A DNA stretch of 56,444 nucleotides, the filler included, from Tortispora ganteri (Eukaryota): the NCBI GenBank assembly GCA_003707115.1. It is 5 parts of 5 records of this genome, joined end to end, with 100 filler letters (N's around TTAATTAATTAA, not from the genome) between each part and the next. Parts side by side here need not be neighbours in the genome. Positions count along the whole stretch, not along the records: positions 30,697 to 56,444 come from PPNB01000043.1; 4 more parts are not named here. The stretch is one strand, 5' to 3'. How positions within the stretch are numbered: position 1 is the stretch's first letter; every line of letters starts with the position of its first letter. The notes under the pieces were generated by a model. It was given only the letters and a program-made list of their open reading frames with translations, was not told where the DNA came from and did not search any database. The position numbers and the translations under genes were made by a program. Shown in pieces: positions 44,115-56,444 of the stretch.

Positions 44115-45151
44115 TCACTGAGCACTAGCTATCGCATTTACACTCCATTGGAACGCCAAAGCACCGCTAAATTTATCAGGCACCGGAGAGGCCACAAAAC
44201 TTATCGGAAACCATGCATCCTCTTGATAAAGGTGGTAATTGATAGACCATGTATCGCTACCGCCAGGTGTAGATGCAGTGTACCCTCGGGTACCTATTGC
44301 TTGGATGTCTGTACATGTCATAGCATTATTTCCGATAAAGACATAGTACGAATCTGGTAGCATATTACCGCTAGTCTGTGATGTACTTAGCAGATAGTTT
44401 CTGCCTTTTAGGTACAATGTCACTTCCATCACACCCGTGACAACAGTTCGTACAAATATGAGGTTGGACCCAATGCTTATAACATCAAGTGAATATTGGT
44501 TGTTCTCTCTGTAGACTCCATTTGTAATCTGGTCTGCTGTATATGAGCTGATATGTGTGTCGTTATAAACTGCAAAACGATAAACTCCGACAGTTCCTGG
44601 TGGTTGCGAAGCGTAAGAAGAGCTAGCTACACTAGATGTGCTGGAGAAGCTTTCAGATAGTGATACTCACAGAAACTTCGATCTCCTCTTAGAATCCCCA
44701 TACATAAGGGCTGTTGTCGTCAGGACAAGGGACATGGTTGATAACAGTGGGTACACATTGACAACAGTACTAGCCATTAGTTGAAATGACTTTTTTCGTA
44801 CAGCCAGCATCGTAAGCGGTCACGACGCCCAAACTGCTTGAATAAACGCGACCGTAAACGGTAGTTGTTTCTACCGGAGGCTCACAAAGAAATTTCTTGA
44901 TATCGGTCACAGTATGCATACTGTATATTGAAAGAAATAAAGGCAGGGGTTATATATGTATACTTGCAGTTTTTCGAAGACTCGTCATTTTTGTAGTCTT
45001 AATAATAGCATTATTTTAACCGTCAAGGCCAACAATATGGTACCAAAAAAGATATTTGAGATCTATTAATAGAATTTGGATGGGTTATTTCAGCGCCATC
45101 CAAATTCTGCACTAACAGTATCCCGAAAAACAGTAAGCTCAAAATACGCAT
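44115..45151 (-). pseudogene. Probable decayed adhesin-like gene, paralogous to 356..1016
   Basis: Signal-peptide-like MRILSLLFFGILLVQNLDG at 45151; Thr/Val/Cys-rich frame from 44919 broken by stops at 44772 and 44691; a different open frame 44666-44115 shares motifs with the 356..1016 domain. Confidence 0.5.
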
Positions 45152-45414
45152 TGACAATACAATGCAATAGTTGTAGTACCTGTAAATGTAATTCCGAGCA
45201 TTCTGTGACATTATTTAACACCAAATGATAGACTTATTATGGTTTTGGTCCAGCAAAGAACTATCGATCAAAACCATGATGGGACGCATATATACTAACC
45301 TTATCTTGTTGCCAATAGGAGAAGAGAATGCATTCTTTCTAGCACAATGTATGTGCATAGATTCTCAGAAAATAGCATTAGCAGGGTGGTCCAGATACTA
45401 CTTAAAATAATACC

Positions 45415-46383
45415 ATGACTCGACCCACCAAACAAAACTCTCTTAAATATGATAACCGTCGCTACCCAGAGGCATACAGAAATAGAATCATTGCGGTGAA
45501 ATCGCTATATTTGGATATAGAACATTGGTCTGACTATGAACAACATTTGCTAAAATGGAGCAGAGCAGGCATTTTAAGCTGGAATAGTGACACAAGCAAG
45601 ACTGCAAAGGGACCAGAAGTCAAAGTAGCGGAAAGATATTGGGAACCAAATGATATAAACGAAGGACGTTTATATTACGTTGATCCTAAGCAGCAGTATT
45701 CGATTGCGCTCAATAAACAGCCATACTCTGAAGCATATTGGACCGTATTTACGGTATTCAGAAACGCGGATGATTTCGTGATAAGCGTATACAACAATAT
45801 GAGGGCAGAAGACACCGAGACGGAGAACATGTACGTGACTTTCGATATGCAGCCCACAACAGGTCAAGTTACAGGCAGTATCGGTAAATATACAATACAG
45901 AAGATCACCTGTAAGCGCAACACAGATCCGAGTTTCAGAATCGGGCTAAAAGATCACTTAGTGGTGCACGAAGGTGGAAACTGCGTCGGAACATTCTATC
46001 GGGATGGCAGCAAGGCGTTAGAGCACAAGGAAGCTGTGGTGGCCACAGGACCGTCATTTCAGTCCAATAAAGAATTTGAAAGTATAGGCTCAAATAAGCA
46101 AAATGTAGTTTCGAAAGCCACAAAACACAGCAATGTTTTTGTTCGGTTCAGGCAAAAGTTTATGTCGAGCAGCATGGCGTATATGGACGGAGAGGGGAAC
46201 CTGTGGACGATTAAGCACGACGGTCCTCTGCGAGTTAATAACAGACTAGGAGCAGAAGTTGCCATTGCATTCCCTATTCCGAACGATGCGCTGCGAGCCG
46301 CAGAGATCGCGGTGCCAGTCACAATTAGGCGTTGTGACAAGATCCTGCTTATTGCCATATTAGCGCTATTTCAGCAACTTTGA
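45415..46383 (+). CDS. Uncharacterised protein, possibly Tubby-C/LURP-one/scramblase-like fold
   Basis: 322-aa ORF; beta-rich pattern ending in the hydrophobic helix DKILLIAILALFQQL. Confidence 0.7.
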   Translation: MTRPTKQNSLKYDNRRYPEAYRNRIIAVKSLYLDIEHWSDYEQHLLKWSRAGILSWNSDTSKTAKGPEVKVAERYWEPNDINEGRLYYVDPKQQYSIALNKQPYSEAYWTVFTVFRNADDFVISVYNNMRAEDTETENMYVTFDMQPTTGQVTGSIGKYTIQKITCKRNTDPSFRIGLKDHLVVHEGGNCVGTFYRDGSKALEHKEAVVATGPSFQSNKEFESIGSNKQNVVSKATKHSNVFVRFRQKFMSSSMAYMDGEGNLWTIKHDGPLRVNNRLGAEVAIAFPIPNDALRAAEIAVPVTIRRCDKILLIAILALFQQL

Positions 46384-46680
46384 GCGGCTGTAAGCAGATG
46401 CAATAAGCTCTCGCAATCTTAGTAATCTAGTTTCCGTAGCCGCTGTCATCTTGTCCCTTCGGCCGCTGGCCAGGGAGAGCGCCCCCGGTATGTCTGGGTT
46501 CTCCTCCAGCTGTCGCTGGTACCGCAGTAACTCCTGCTCGATGGCCCATTCAAGGTCAGTTAACACCGCCGATGCATATAATATTTCTGCATCATTAGTA
46601 TTAGCTATAAGTTCCGCAGGGTCTGTATTAAGCACAAACTCAGCATAGCTCATTATCTGTTCGACATCGGACATTGACAT
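46366..46680 (-). CDS. Small uncharacterised helical protein (104 aa)
   Basis: ATG at 46680 (MSMSDVEQ); coiled-coil-like composition; divergent from gamma-tubulin. Confidence 0.5.
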   Translation of the reverse strand: MSMSDVEQIMSYAEFVLNTDPAELIANTNDAEILYASAVLTDLEWAIEQELLRYQRQLEENPDIPGALSLASGRRDKMTAATETRLLRLRELIASAYSRSKLLK

Positions 46681-46793
46681 TGACTTAGTCAAATCGAAGT
46701 TGAAGTTGAGCAGTGAACCCCCGACCCTAAAAACACGTCAGTAGATTGACCGCATCTCACGTCACGTACACCAGCACAGCGACTTAGCACTTA

Positions 46794-48191
46794 ATGCCAC
46801 GTGAAATAATTACGCTTCATGCTGGCCAATGCGGCAATCAGGTCGGACTGAAGTTCTGGGAACAACTGTGCGCGGAGCATGGGTTACTGGCAGACGGAAC
46901 GGTCAGAATGGAGGATCTCGGTGACCAAAAGGATGTTTTTTTCTACCAGAGCGACGATACACGGTATGTCCCTAGAGCCATTCTCGTTGATCTTGAGCCG
47001 CGTGTAGTCAATAATACGCTCTCCTCGCCCTATGGACAGCTGTTTAATCCAGAAAACGTGTATATGTCGGCTGACGGTAGCGGAGCAGGAAACAACTGGG
47101 CTATGGGCTACCATGCCGCTGAAAAGATTCAGGACGAGCTATTCGATATGATAGATCGCGAAGCAGAGGGGTCAGACTCGTTGGAAGGTTTTATGATGAT
47201 GCATTCTATTGCTGGTGGAACTGGATCTGGCCTCGGCTCCTACATGCTCGAGCAGCTATCAGACCGCTACTCCAAGAAGATCATACACACTTACTCTGTA
47301 TTCCCTGCGTCTACTCAGGTTTCTGATGTCGTCGTGCAACCATACAATGCTGTACTTGCACTCAAACGGCTCATAAGGTATGCAGATTCTGTGGTGGTTT
47401 TAGACAACACCGCTTTAAGCAGAATTGCTGCAGACCGGCTGCACGTTCAGGAACCTAGCTTCGATCAAACCAATCAGCTGGTTTCTACGGTGCTTGCTGC
47501 GAGCACGGCCACATTGCGATTCCCCGGATACATGCATAGCGATCTGTCGTCGATTCTTGCGGCACTGATTCCTACCCCTGAATGTCATTTTCTTACTACT
47601 GCTTACACACCATTCACTGCTGATGTCGTCTCCAACGCCAAAGCCATGCGACGCACAACTGTTTTAGACGTTATGAGGCGTCTTTTGCAGCCAAAAAATC
47701 GAATGGTGGCAGTACCGGCATCTACAGTACAATCAGGCGCTTCATGGGACCCAAAGTACCTATCGATTCTCGACATAATTCAGGGCAATGATATTGACGT
47801 CAAGGAGGTGCACCGATCTCTAATTCGTATTCGCGAACGACGGCTAGCGTCTTTTATACCGTGGGGGCCTTCTTCGATTCAGGTTGCTCTTTGTCGGAGA
47901 AGCCCTGCACTAGGCCAGCAGCAGAACCGCGTGTCTGGCGTTATGCTGGCAAATAACTCGTCAGTAGGCCAAGTTTTTACACGCATACTGGATCAGTTCG
48001 ATAGACTAATTAAACGTCGGGCATTCGCAGAAAACTACTACAAGCAGCCCATGTTTCAAGGTGAAGACAAAGACGCCGAGTTTAAGGATGCCCGAGAAGT
48101 GCTAGTGCAAGCTATTGAAAGCTATAAGGAAGTATCGAGTCCTGATTTTCTACAGCAGGATGCTTCAACGCCGTACGCTCAAACATCCTGA
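46794..48191 (+). CDS. TUB4: Gamma-tubulin
   Basis: [66 protein letters not shown]. Confidence 0.97.
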   Translation: MPREIITLHAGQCGNQVGLKFWEQLCAEHGLLADGTVRMEDLGDQKDVFFYQSDDTRYVPRAILVDLEPRVVNNTLSSPYGQLFNPENVYMSADGSGAGNNWAMGYHAAEKIQDELFDMIDREAEGSDSLEGFMMMHSIAGGTGSGLGSYMLEQLSDRYSKKIIHTYSVFPASTQVSDVVVQPYNAVLALKRLIRYADSVVVLDNTALSRIAADRLHVQEPSFDQTNQLVSTVLAASTATLRFPGYMHSDLSSILAALIPTPECHFLTTAYTPFTADVVSNAKAMRRTTVLDVMRRLLQPKNRMVAVPASTVQSGASWDPKYLSILDIIQGNDIDVKEVHRSLIRIRERRLASFIPWGPSSIQVALCRRSPALGQQQNRVSGVMLANNSSVGQVFTRILDQFDRLIKRRAFAENYYKQPMFQGEDKDAEFKDAREVLVQAIESYKEVSSPDFLQQDASTPYAQTS

Positions 48192-48485
48192 CCATAACCG
48201 GCTTGCAACTACGTTATGAACACCAACAAATAACGCTTCTACGACGCTTGACGGGAACAATCTGGATAAATTAATAAATTAAGTAATAATCTTTGAATAA
48301 GAGAGTGCAAAGAAAATTGGGTGAGAGGGAATCAGCAATGCAGAGATAACAGCGAAATTAGCGTTGCTAGCTGAGAGCGGGATGCCCGCCCGGTATACGT
48401 ATTCCTTTATATTGGGCGAGAAAGCATGAAGACAGTTAAAGTTTGTGGTTAGTCATCTCGCGATATCGCCGGATGGGAATCATTA

Positions 48486-49035
<550 letters not shown>

Positions 49036-49793
49036 TTGCCACGGTATTTGATTTGAACTAAAGTGTAGTAAAAAGAGTAGAGTGAGTTAGCAACGTTCAA
49101 AGAGGCTATTAATATGGTAGGTACATGCTCCTGCTCCGAGTTGGGAGTTTCTCAGCCGTGCCATTTCCAGTACTTTGACCAATAACAGATCGTGTTTCTT
49201 GTTCTTGCAATGGCCGCTCCCCTCTCCACTCGTCCCTATATTTTCCGACAAGCCAGGACCCTCTCATATACTTAGGCCCTATCATTCTGCTATTAACAAC
49301 TAACGTCGCGCCTCTATTTCCTGTGTGTTACAGGCACTAATGTCACAGTGCGACAACTTGTTTCTCCTGCTAGAACCTGCAAGAATTCCGTAGAAGGTAC
49401 ACGCGATGCACAAGGTTTGACCCGGTTGAATGCCGCAGAGGTAAACGACGGCAAGAATAACCCTGGTGGCACGCGCCACAATCCTAACAAAACTGATCTA
49501 GTATACGAATATAAAGGAGGGACAAAGTTCTGATGGGTGCAGGTATTTCTACAAGACCATTTGAGCACGATGATCGTGCAACGAAACGGCAAAATCGGTA
49601 TCTTGACTGACCGGCATTGTCTGACTACCCAATACGGCAATGATAACCTCAGAATTGATCTCATTGGTGGAATACAGTGGGCAAGTTCGCTGCCCACTGA
49701 CGTCTAGTGCGAGAACTCCGCTTGCAACAAGTATATAAAGACAAGCGCCTGAAAAAGTCTACCATCGATCTATTCTGCGATTGTTCGACCTAA

Positions 49794-51017
<1,224 letters not shown>

Positions 51018-52143
51018 AGTGTTACGATTGAGGCATGCTGGGTCTGTTGTTGAGTGACAGGTGATTTTAAGATGATCGATTGTAATATCGACCGCTAAAT
51101 CGATTTATCAATCAAAGCAAACAGATATCTAGGCTGGTATCAAATTAATTTTTTTTTTATATTTCTTAAATAAAAAGAATTTTTTGCGGGCAATATCAGC
51201 TGTGCGAATTGTAAAAACGAAGAAAGCTGGCACGAATTATCAGAGTATTTTATTTTATTAAAGTTTTATTCCGAATCTGGTTTTTTTATTTGTTTCGTCA
51301 CATATTTAATTTATCAGAATCTCAATATTTACTGATGAGGTGATTGGCTTATTTTTATTTTATACTGAGTAAAGCGAATTATCTGAATCAGCTTCAAGAA
51401 TTTTGATCGGAAAATTACGAAAGCTGCTCTTTCGTATCCTAACTGTGTCCCGGATATGTTTACTACTCATTTTATTAATGCCGATTTATTCAGATCTTAC
51501 AGGAGAAGTCAAATCAGATTAAACTTTTTGATTGAAATTTCAATATTATAGCCGTTCCGGTTTCAATACGATGATTTTCCACCTCTTGATACCTTTTTTT
51601 TTATAATGATCATAATATTGTAAAACCGATCGGTACTGATTGTAGCTCTTTCTATCACACCTAGCTTAGTATTCTGCAGCGCATTTCTCCACGAAGGCTG
51701 TTCGATCTATGACACTTCAACAACTATTAATAAGTCCATAAAGTCAATTATTATATTTCGACTATCCGTCTCTGCCCGTCTCTGCGCAGTTGCTGTTGTC
51801 TATTGTGGTCCTTTCCTGCTCTGATCCTAATCAAATCGGTTCTTTTGAAAACCTTATTTCCGTTAAACATTTTTACTCCAATCAAGAGGCTACCTTGCAA
51901 TTCCTTTCATCGCCCTTATTATAGAAACGGTAAACACAGTGCTGGATTGCAAACTTGAATTTTTTTACGCACACTTTCTTTCTAAATATCTAGATTTCTG
52001 CGCTCTTTTTGCAGATTTCATTTTTTAGGGGTTGTGTCACCAAGTGGTTGTTTGGTCATCACACACAACAGTATCTGTAGCGCTACTTCCTCTCGTTTAG
52101 CCAGTTCTTCAACCCACCGCAGACCCTTCCCCCATTCTCCAAT

Positions 52144-55100
52144 ATGTCCAAAAAGCTCAATTTCTGGAAAAGAAAATCCAGACCGTCTTTATCAACAATT
52201 TCAATCACCGATACAGATACAACACCTGTTGCCTTAGATGAAACCGCTGCCATATCGGCCAAGTCTCCTTCCATCGATCCCCAACCGCTTTCGCCAGACG
52301 TAAACACCTTCGAGCTATGGTCCGCAGCCTACCCACAAACTACAGAGTCCGGTACAGAGTCTCGAAACACCAACCGCAGCGGTTCCAGCAATGACTACAC
52401 TTCTACCGTCTCTGATGCTTCAAATCCACACCTTCCAGACGTCCTATACCACTCTGAAGTCTCCGAATATACCGGCAAACTACTCAGAAGCAAAAGAGTC
52501 TCCTATATGGTCCTGACCCCAACCGCGCTAGAACGCTACAAGTCTTTCTCACGTGCTAGCGACTATTATTCTCTCCATTCCCCTCGTCCTTCCTCTATCG
52601 CACCGACCACACAAGGCGCAATAGTCTGCAAGACAGATAACGTAATTTCTCTCTACAAACCTTCGCCAACCGCTGTTCAGATTGAGTATCTCGATGATGA
52701 CTATATTTGCCGCTCCCTGCTCGTGTTGCTCCCCTCAGAGAATGACGCTAACGCCTGGCTCCAGGTGCTCATCGAAGTCACCCACGGCACTACCGGCTGT
52801 TTCAAGTACACACCCCAAGAAGTCGAATCAGCTCATGCGTTGCTGCAAAGAGAAAACGATTTTGATCCACACACCTTCTCTATGATAAGAACAGTTCGAT
52901 TTCAGAGCTGCAAACCAAAAAGTTCTGAAGACCCGTCTACTTATGCCCCAGCTCAACATTACATCTTGGTTATAGGCAAGTATAAAATTCATCTTCTCAG
53001 CATCAAGTCGTCAAATGACTCCTCATCGTCTTTGCCATCCGTTTTATCCTTTTCTACAGCCCCGCAATCTATCTCATTGGAATTGCCCTATTTGCCGTCA
53101 ACAGAACTCTGTTTCAATGTTGTCGCGTCTTTTGGGATTCTCGCTCTGACCGATATATACCTATCGTCCTCCATGACATTCTTTTCTCTTGCTTTTCACC
53201 CGCCTTTTCAATCTCCTAAGGTGCTCAACTTGGCCTCCCTTTGTGCATGTGACGTCGTCCGCGCTGTGCGCGCTGTCGACAAGTATCTGCGTCCTCACTG
53301 GACATATTCTCCTCTATTCCTTGAAGTGCCACAATTCGAACTGGAACACGAACCAACGCTTGCAGATGTTATATCGCCGCTGTCACCCGCTCAACTTGAA
53401 CAGGTTTTACCACCAGCTGAGACCCTTGCAGGCTCATCATCTGGCGACCAATTAACTGAAAAATTTGCAAGAACTTTGGCCGCTAATTGCGCTGCAAACG
53501 AAACTGAGGTTTCGGTATTCTCGTATGAAATAACGTCAAATCTGTCTGACCCAATGGCTCCCGATAGCGGATACACGTTCACTCTAAGCACCTCTTATCA
53601 ACAAGAACATTACTCCTGCCTCCATTTATTAGCATTGTTTCGGTCATTGAGGTTTATAAAAGAGATTACTCGAATTTCATTCAAAGGAGTGCCTTTGAAT
53701 GAAATGCTCTGTGTCCCAGCAGAACTGCAAAGCTCTCCGAATACTGATGAATCCGTCCATTCTACAGTATTGACGGTAGAATTGCTCGGATTAGTTTCAA
53801 CTGCGCCACAAATTCGATCTTTCGACTTCTCAGGCTGTATTGCATCGTATGTACCGACGAACTCGAAAAAGGACTATCCTATGATGGTGTCAGAACTGCT
53901 GAGCGCCGTATGTCAGGTACTGGAGCATCCTGTTTCCAGAATTGAAGACTTGAGATTTTCGGGACTCGTCATTGATTCTGAAAGTTTTGAGTATTTATTG
54001 GAAATACTGCGCCAAAGCTCGTTTGCTAAGAGATCTTCTACCTACAACCGTGGGGGACCCCGACAATCAAACCATCCCTTAATGAATCTTGATGTGTCTG
54101 ATTGTAGTTTGAACGAGCGAGAAATTGCTATTATGTTAGAGCAAATTTCGCTAGAACGATCTGCATTGCTTTCACTTGATCTATCAAGTAACCCTGGACG
54201 AATGAATACCGACACGCTTGCGGTAGCTATAGCGAGCATGAAAAATATTGTTCATCTGCGGCTGGAGTCTTTAAAATGGTTTAACATCAGCGGCGATCCG
54301 ATTCTCGTCTCGAGCGTACTTGCGCGTTGTGACAGTCTAGAAACACTTAGTCTGGACGGTACCTACTTATCTCGCAGGGACATTGAAGAACTGTGCGAAT
54401 CGCTTCCCTTTCTTCCTAATCTTAAAACACTATCATTGCAGGGCTGCCAGCTTCACGCACAGGAATTGGCAATGATTATATCTGCGGCGGATTTAATTAC
54501 GCCGAAGTTAGAGGATGAACTTGATTTGCTTCTTGGCGATAACAGATTATTTGATGCTTCGAATCAGTTCAATGAAGGATTTGCGTTCACCGATATATTT
54601 GCTAACTTGAAGCATCTGCGCAGTCTTTCGCTTGCACGAACAGATTTTGTAAGTGAGGATGTTTTTTGCACGTTCTTGAGGAACTTATGCCGTAATAAGA
54701 CTATAAAAAGGCTCAATCTGTCTTACCTAATGCTTCCGTCGGATGCTACAGAGGAAACATGTTTGCTAATTGGAGAATTATTCAGGCATAACAACACCCT
54801 TTGTGATTTATATCTGAAAGGAGAGCATACGAAACTGCAGACTGCGCGTATAGGGACTCATTTGAATGTTGCATTGCCTAATTTAGCTTTCAATACATCT
54901 CTAGAAGTGCTACATATTGATGGAAATCATCTTGGAGCGCAGGGGGCATACACTATGGGTAACGTTCTGGCAAAAAACGACACGTTGCGTCAACTCATGA
55001 TTGATGAGAATAATATTGGTCTCCATGGATTCGAGACTATTTTGAATAGTCTAGAAAGGCAGCGATCACCATGCACGTATGTGTGGTTCCCCTTTAAAGA

Positions 55101-55368
55101 CAAAGAGCTGCAGTTGCGACCTCTGCTCGCAGCGGCAGAAAGAACCGCTTCAGGTCAGGAGCCGCATAATGCGCGTATATCTTTACCTAATGTAACGCAT
55201 CACTCGAAGTCGAGATTGTCCCATTCGGACGCAAGGATGAGTATAAACGATGCTAATACCGCTGCACAATCTTATATGATCATGAAAGAGAAATGGGAGG
55301 CTGCATACAAGCGCATGCAGAGCATTCTTAGTCACGTTATATGTGAGGAGCAGGAATATTTAAATTAA
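52144..55368 (+). CDS. PH-like + RNI-type leucine-rich-repeat protein (CARMIL-like architecture)
   Basis: N-terminal PH-like segment (YMVLT...ANAWLQVL); LRRs LDVSDCSL, LDLSSN, LSLDGT, LSLQGC, LHIDGNHLG, LMIDENNIG. Confidence 0.75.
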   Translation: MSKKLNFWKRKSRPSLSTISITDTDTTPVALDETAAISAKSPSIDPQPLSPDVNTFELWSAAYPQTTESGTESRNTNRSGSSNDYTSTVSDASNPHLPDVLYHSEVSEYTGKLLRSKRVSYMVLTPTALERYKSFSRASDYYSLHSPRPSSIAPTTQGAIVCKTDNVISLYKPSPTAVQIEYLDDDYICRSLLVLLPSENDANAWLQVLIEVTHGTTGCFKYTPQEVESAHALLQRENDFDPHTFSMIRTVRFQSCKPKSSEDPSTYAPAQHYILVIGKYKIHLLSIKSSNDSSSSLPSVLSFSTAPQSISLELPYLPSTELCFNVVASFGILALTDIYLSSSMTFFSLAFHPPFQSPKVLNLASLCACDVVRAVRAVDKYLRPHWTYSPLFLEVPQFELEHEPTLADVISPLSPAQLEQVLPPAETLAGSSSGDQLTEKFARTLAANCAANETEVSVFSYEITSNLSDPMAPDSGYTFTLSTSYQQEHYSCLHLLALFRSLRFIKEITRISFKGVPLNEMLCVPAELQSSPNTDESVHSTVLTVELLGLVSTAPQIRSFDFSGCIASYVPTNSKKDYPMMVSELLSAVCQVLEHPVSRIEDLRFSGLVIDSESFEYLLEILRQSSFAKRSSTYNRGGPRQSNHPLMNLDVSDCSLNEREIAIMLEQISLERSALLSLDLSSNPGRMNTDTLAVAIASMKNIVHLRLESLKWFNISGDPILVSSVLARCDSLETLSLDGTYLSRRDIEELCESLPFLPNLKTLSLQGCQLHAQELAMIISAADLITPKLEDELDLLLGDNRLFDASNQFNEGFAFTDIFANLKHLRSLSLARTDFVSEDVFCTFLRNLCRNKTIKRLNLSYLMLPSDATEETCLLIGELFRHNNTLCDLYLKGEHTKLQTARIGTHLNVALPNLAFNTSLEVLHIDGNHLGAQGAYTMGNVLAKNDTLRQLMIDENNIGLHGFETILNSLERQRSPCTYVWFPFKDKELQLRPLLAAAERTASGQEPHNARISLPNVTHHSKSRLSHSDARMSINDANTAAQSYMIMKEKWEAAYKRMQSILSHVICEEQEYLN

Positions 55369-55406
55369 TCAATGCATATTTTATCCTGAATATTGTTGCT
55401 TTTTGA

Positions 55407-55931
55407 TTAGCTCAGTGTAGCCATTCGGGAGTCTAGTGGCATGCCGTCTGGTCCGATCCCCGATAGTTCCATTCTTTTTCGCACATATAGGAGGCGCGCC
55501 ATGTCGAAATCCACATTCTTTTTCGTCATTATACGTTTTATTATGCGAGCGGTTTTAGTGTCAAGACCGTTCCTTGGGTCCTGGGAGTCGATATTAGCGT
55601 TTAGATCAAAAGAAGCTGATGTCATACCGGCTGCCGAATTTTCTTGGAACCCCTGACGATAAATAGGCGCCTCTTCTGTATCATCAGAATCAGAGTCTGA
55701 ATCCAAATTAACATCATCGATACTAATTCCAAGCTCCAAATCGTCTTGGTTGTACCAATGACGTGGCACAAAACAACGCGTAGCATCAAGCGCAGGCTTA
55801 ATAGAGCGGTAAATTCCAGGGTATCTGCTCTTTAGGCGCGGTTCCCATTTAGGTCTATGCAAACAAAGAATTAATCCAAACGCAAGAAATACGCATACAG
55901 CAACTACCAGCTGCGCATTGTACGGTGACAT
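55407..55931 (-). CDS. DUF2015/UPF0357 family membrane protein
   Basis: N-terminal TM segment; GMTSASFDL..N....DPRNGLD, IM....VDFD.ARL, GIGPDGMPLD. Confidence 0.82.
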   Translation of the reverse strand: MSPYNAQLVVAVCVFLAFGLILCLHRPKWEPRLKSRYPGIYRSIKPALDATRCFVPRHWYNQDDLELGISIDDVNLDSDSDSDDTEEAPIYRQGFQENSAAGMTSASFDLNANIDSQDPRNGLDTKTARIIKRIMTKKNVDFDMARLLYVRKRMELSGIGPDGMPLDSRMATLS

Positions 55932-56444
55932 TACTGATCAGAACAGGGGAGAATGCTGAACAAGCCCCGCAGGGATAAACACGCTACCTTAGAGTCTCCA
56001 CAGCTGTAAAGGGCCGTTCAGTGGCACAAGCAAACAATGATTGAGCTCCTGCTACTTTAAGAAACTATACCACAGAATAATAAACGCTGTTTTCTGTAGT
56101 CTCCTACAAAATAATAAACGGTGTTTTATGTAGTTTTGTGATATGTAGCAGGCTTAATCGTTGGCTATCTTTTCTGGAACACCAACGTGCTAATTAAAAT
56201 ACTGAAAGGTATTAGTACCAGTTGTTATGTCAACGGGATACTCATCATATCATTATCGACTCCTTCGAATATTGAATTGTACGTGTTATATTCTTTCTTT
56301 GCATATATCACATATACTACATTTTCATTAGCATACTAGTGCGAAATAGCATTTCACTTTGACTGCAAGTTTTCTATCTAGAACATAATCGGTCATCTTA
56401 CACAATCCTGTCAACCTTGCATGTGTTTTGATAGGCTACATAGC

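Noticed and set aside
49314..49710. Short ORFs between ubiquitin-AN1 and SFA1 as a gene relic
   Set aside because: Non-ATG starts and no recognisable homology in the frames examined

Overview
Gene-dense nuclear DNA from an ascomycete yeast, probably an early-diverging Saccharomycotina lineage (inference). CTG encodes conserved Leu56 and Leu73 of ubiquitin, so the standard code applies. Introns are short (44-119 nt) with GTAAGT donors and (T/C/G)ACTAAC- or TTCTAAC-type branch points. The window is five contigs joined by artificial 100-nt N44-TTAATTAATTAA-N44 linkers. It holds about 31 coding regions, including AIM10, ANP1, PPH3, CPA1, GLN1, TIM44, CWF19, ECM29, TRM140, RAD28, USE1, KTI12, CAT8/FacB-like, EFM7, gamma-tubulin and SFA1. 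I reconstructed four spliced genes that the ORF track missed or mis-started. Main findings: (1) an intron-split gene fusing a near-perfect ubiquitin (75/76 identical to yeast ubiquitin, intact LRLRGG) to a 68-aa AN1 zinc finger; (2) an unannotated arginine attenuator peptide uORF that overlaps the CPA1 start codon, with a Gcn4 site upstream; (3) a short Use1-type SNARE with a luminal tail ending in HDEL; (4) a G-U-rich multi-hairpin ncRNA candidate in the 4.2-kb GLN1-TIM44 gap; (5) a probable GLN1 5' leader intron; (6) a PA14/GLEYA-like adhesin and a decayed paralog 43 kb away; (7) a PflX-type radical SAM gene. No tRNA, rRNA, CRISPR array or transposon could be supported.
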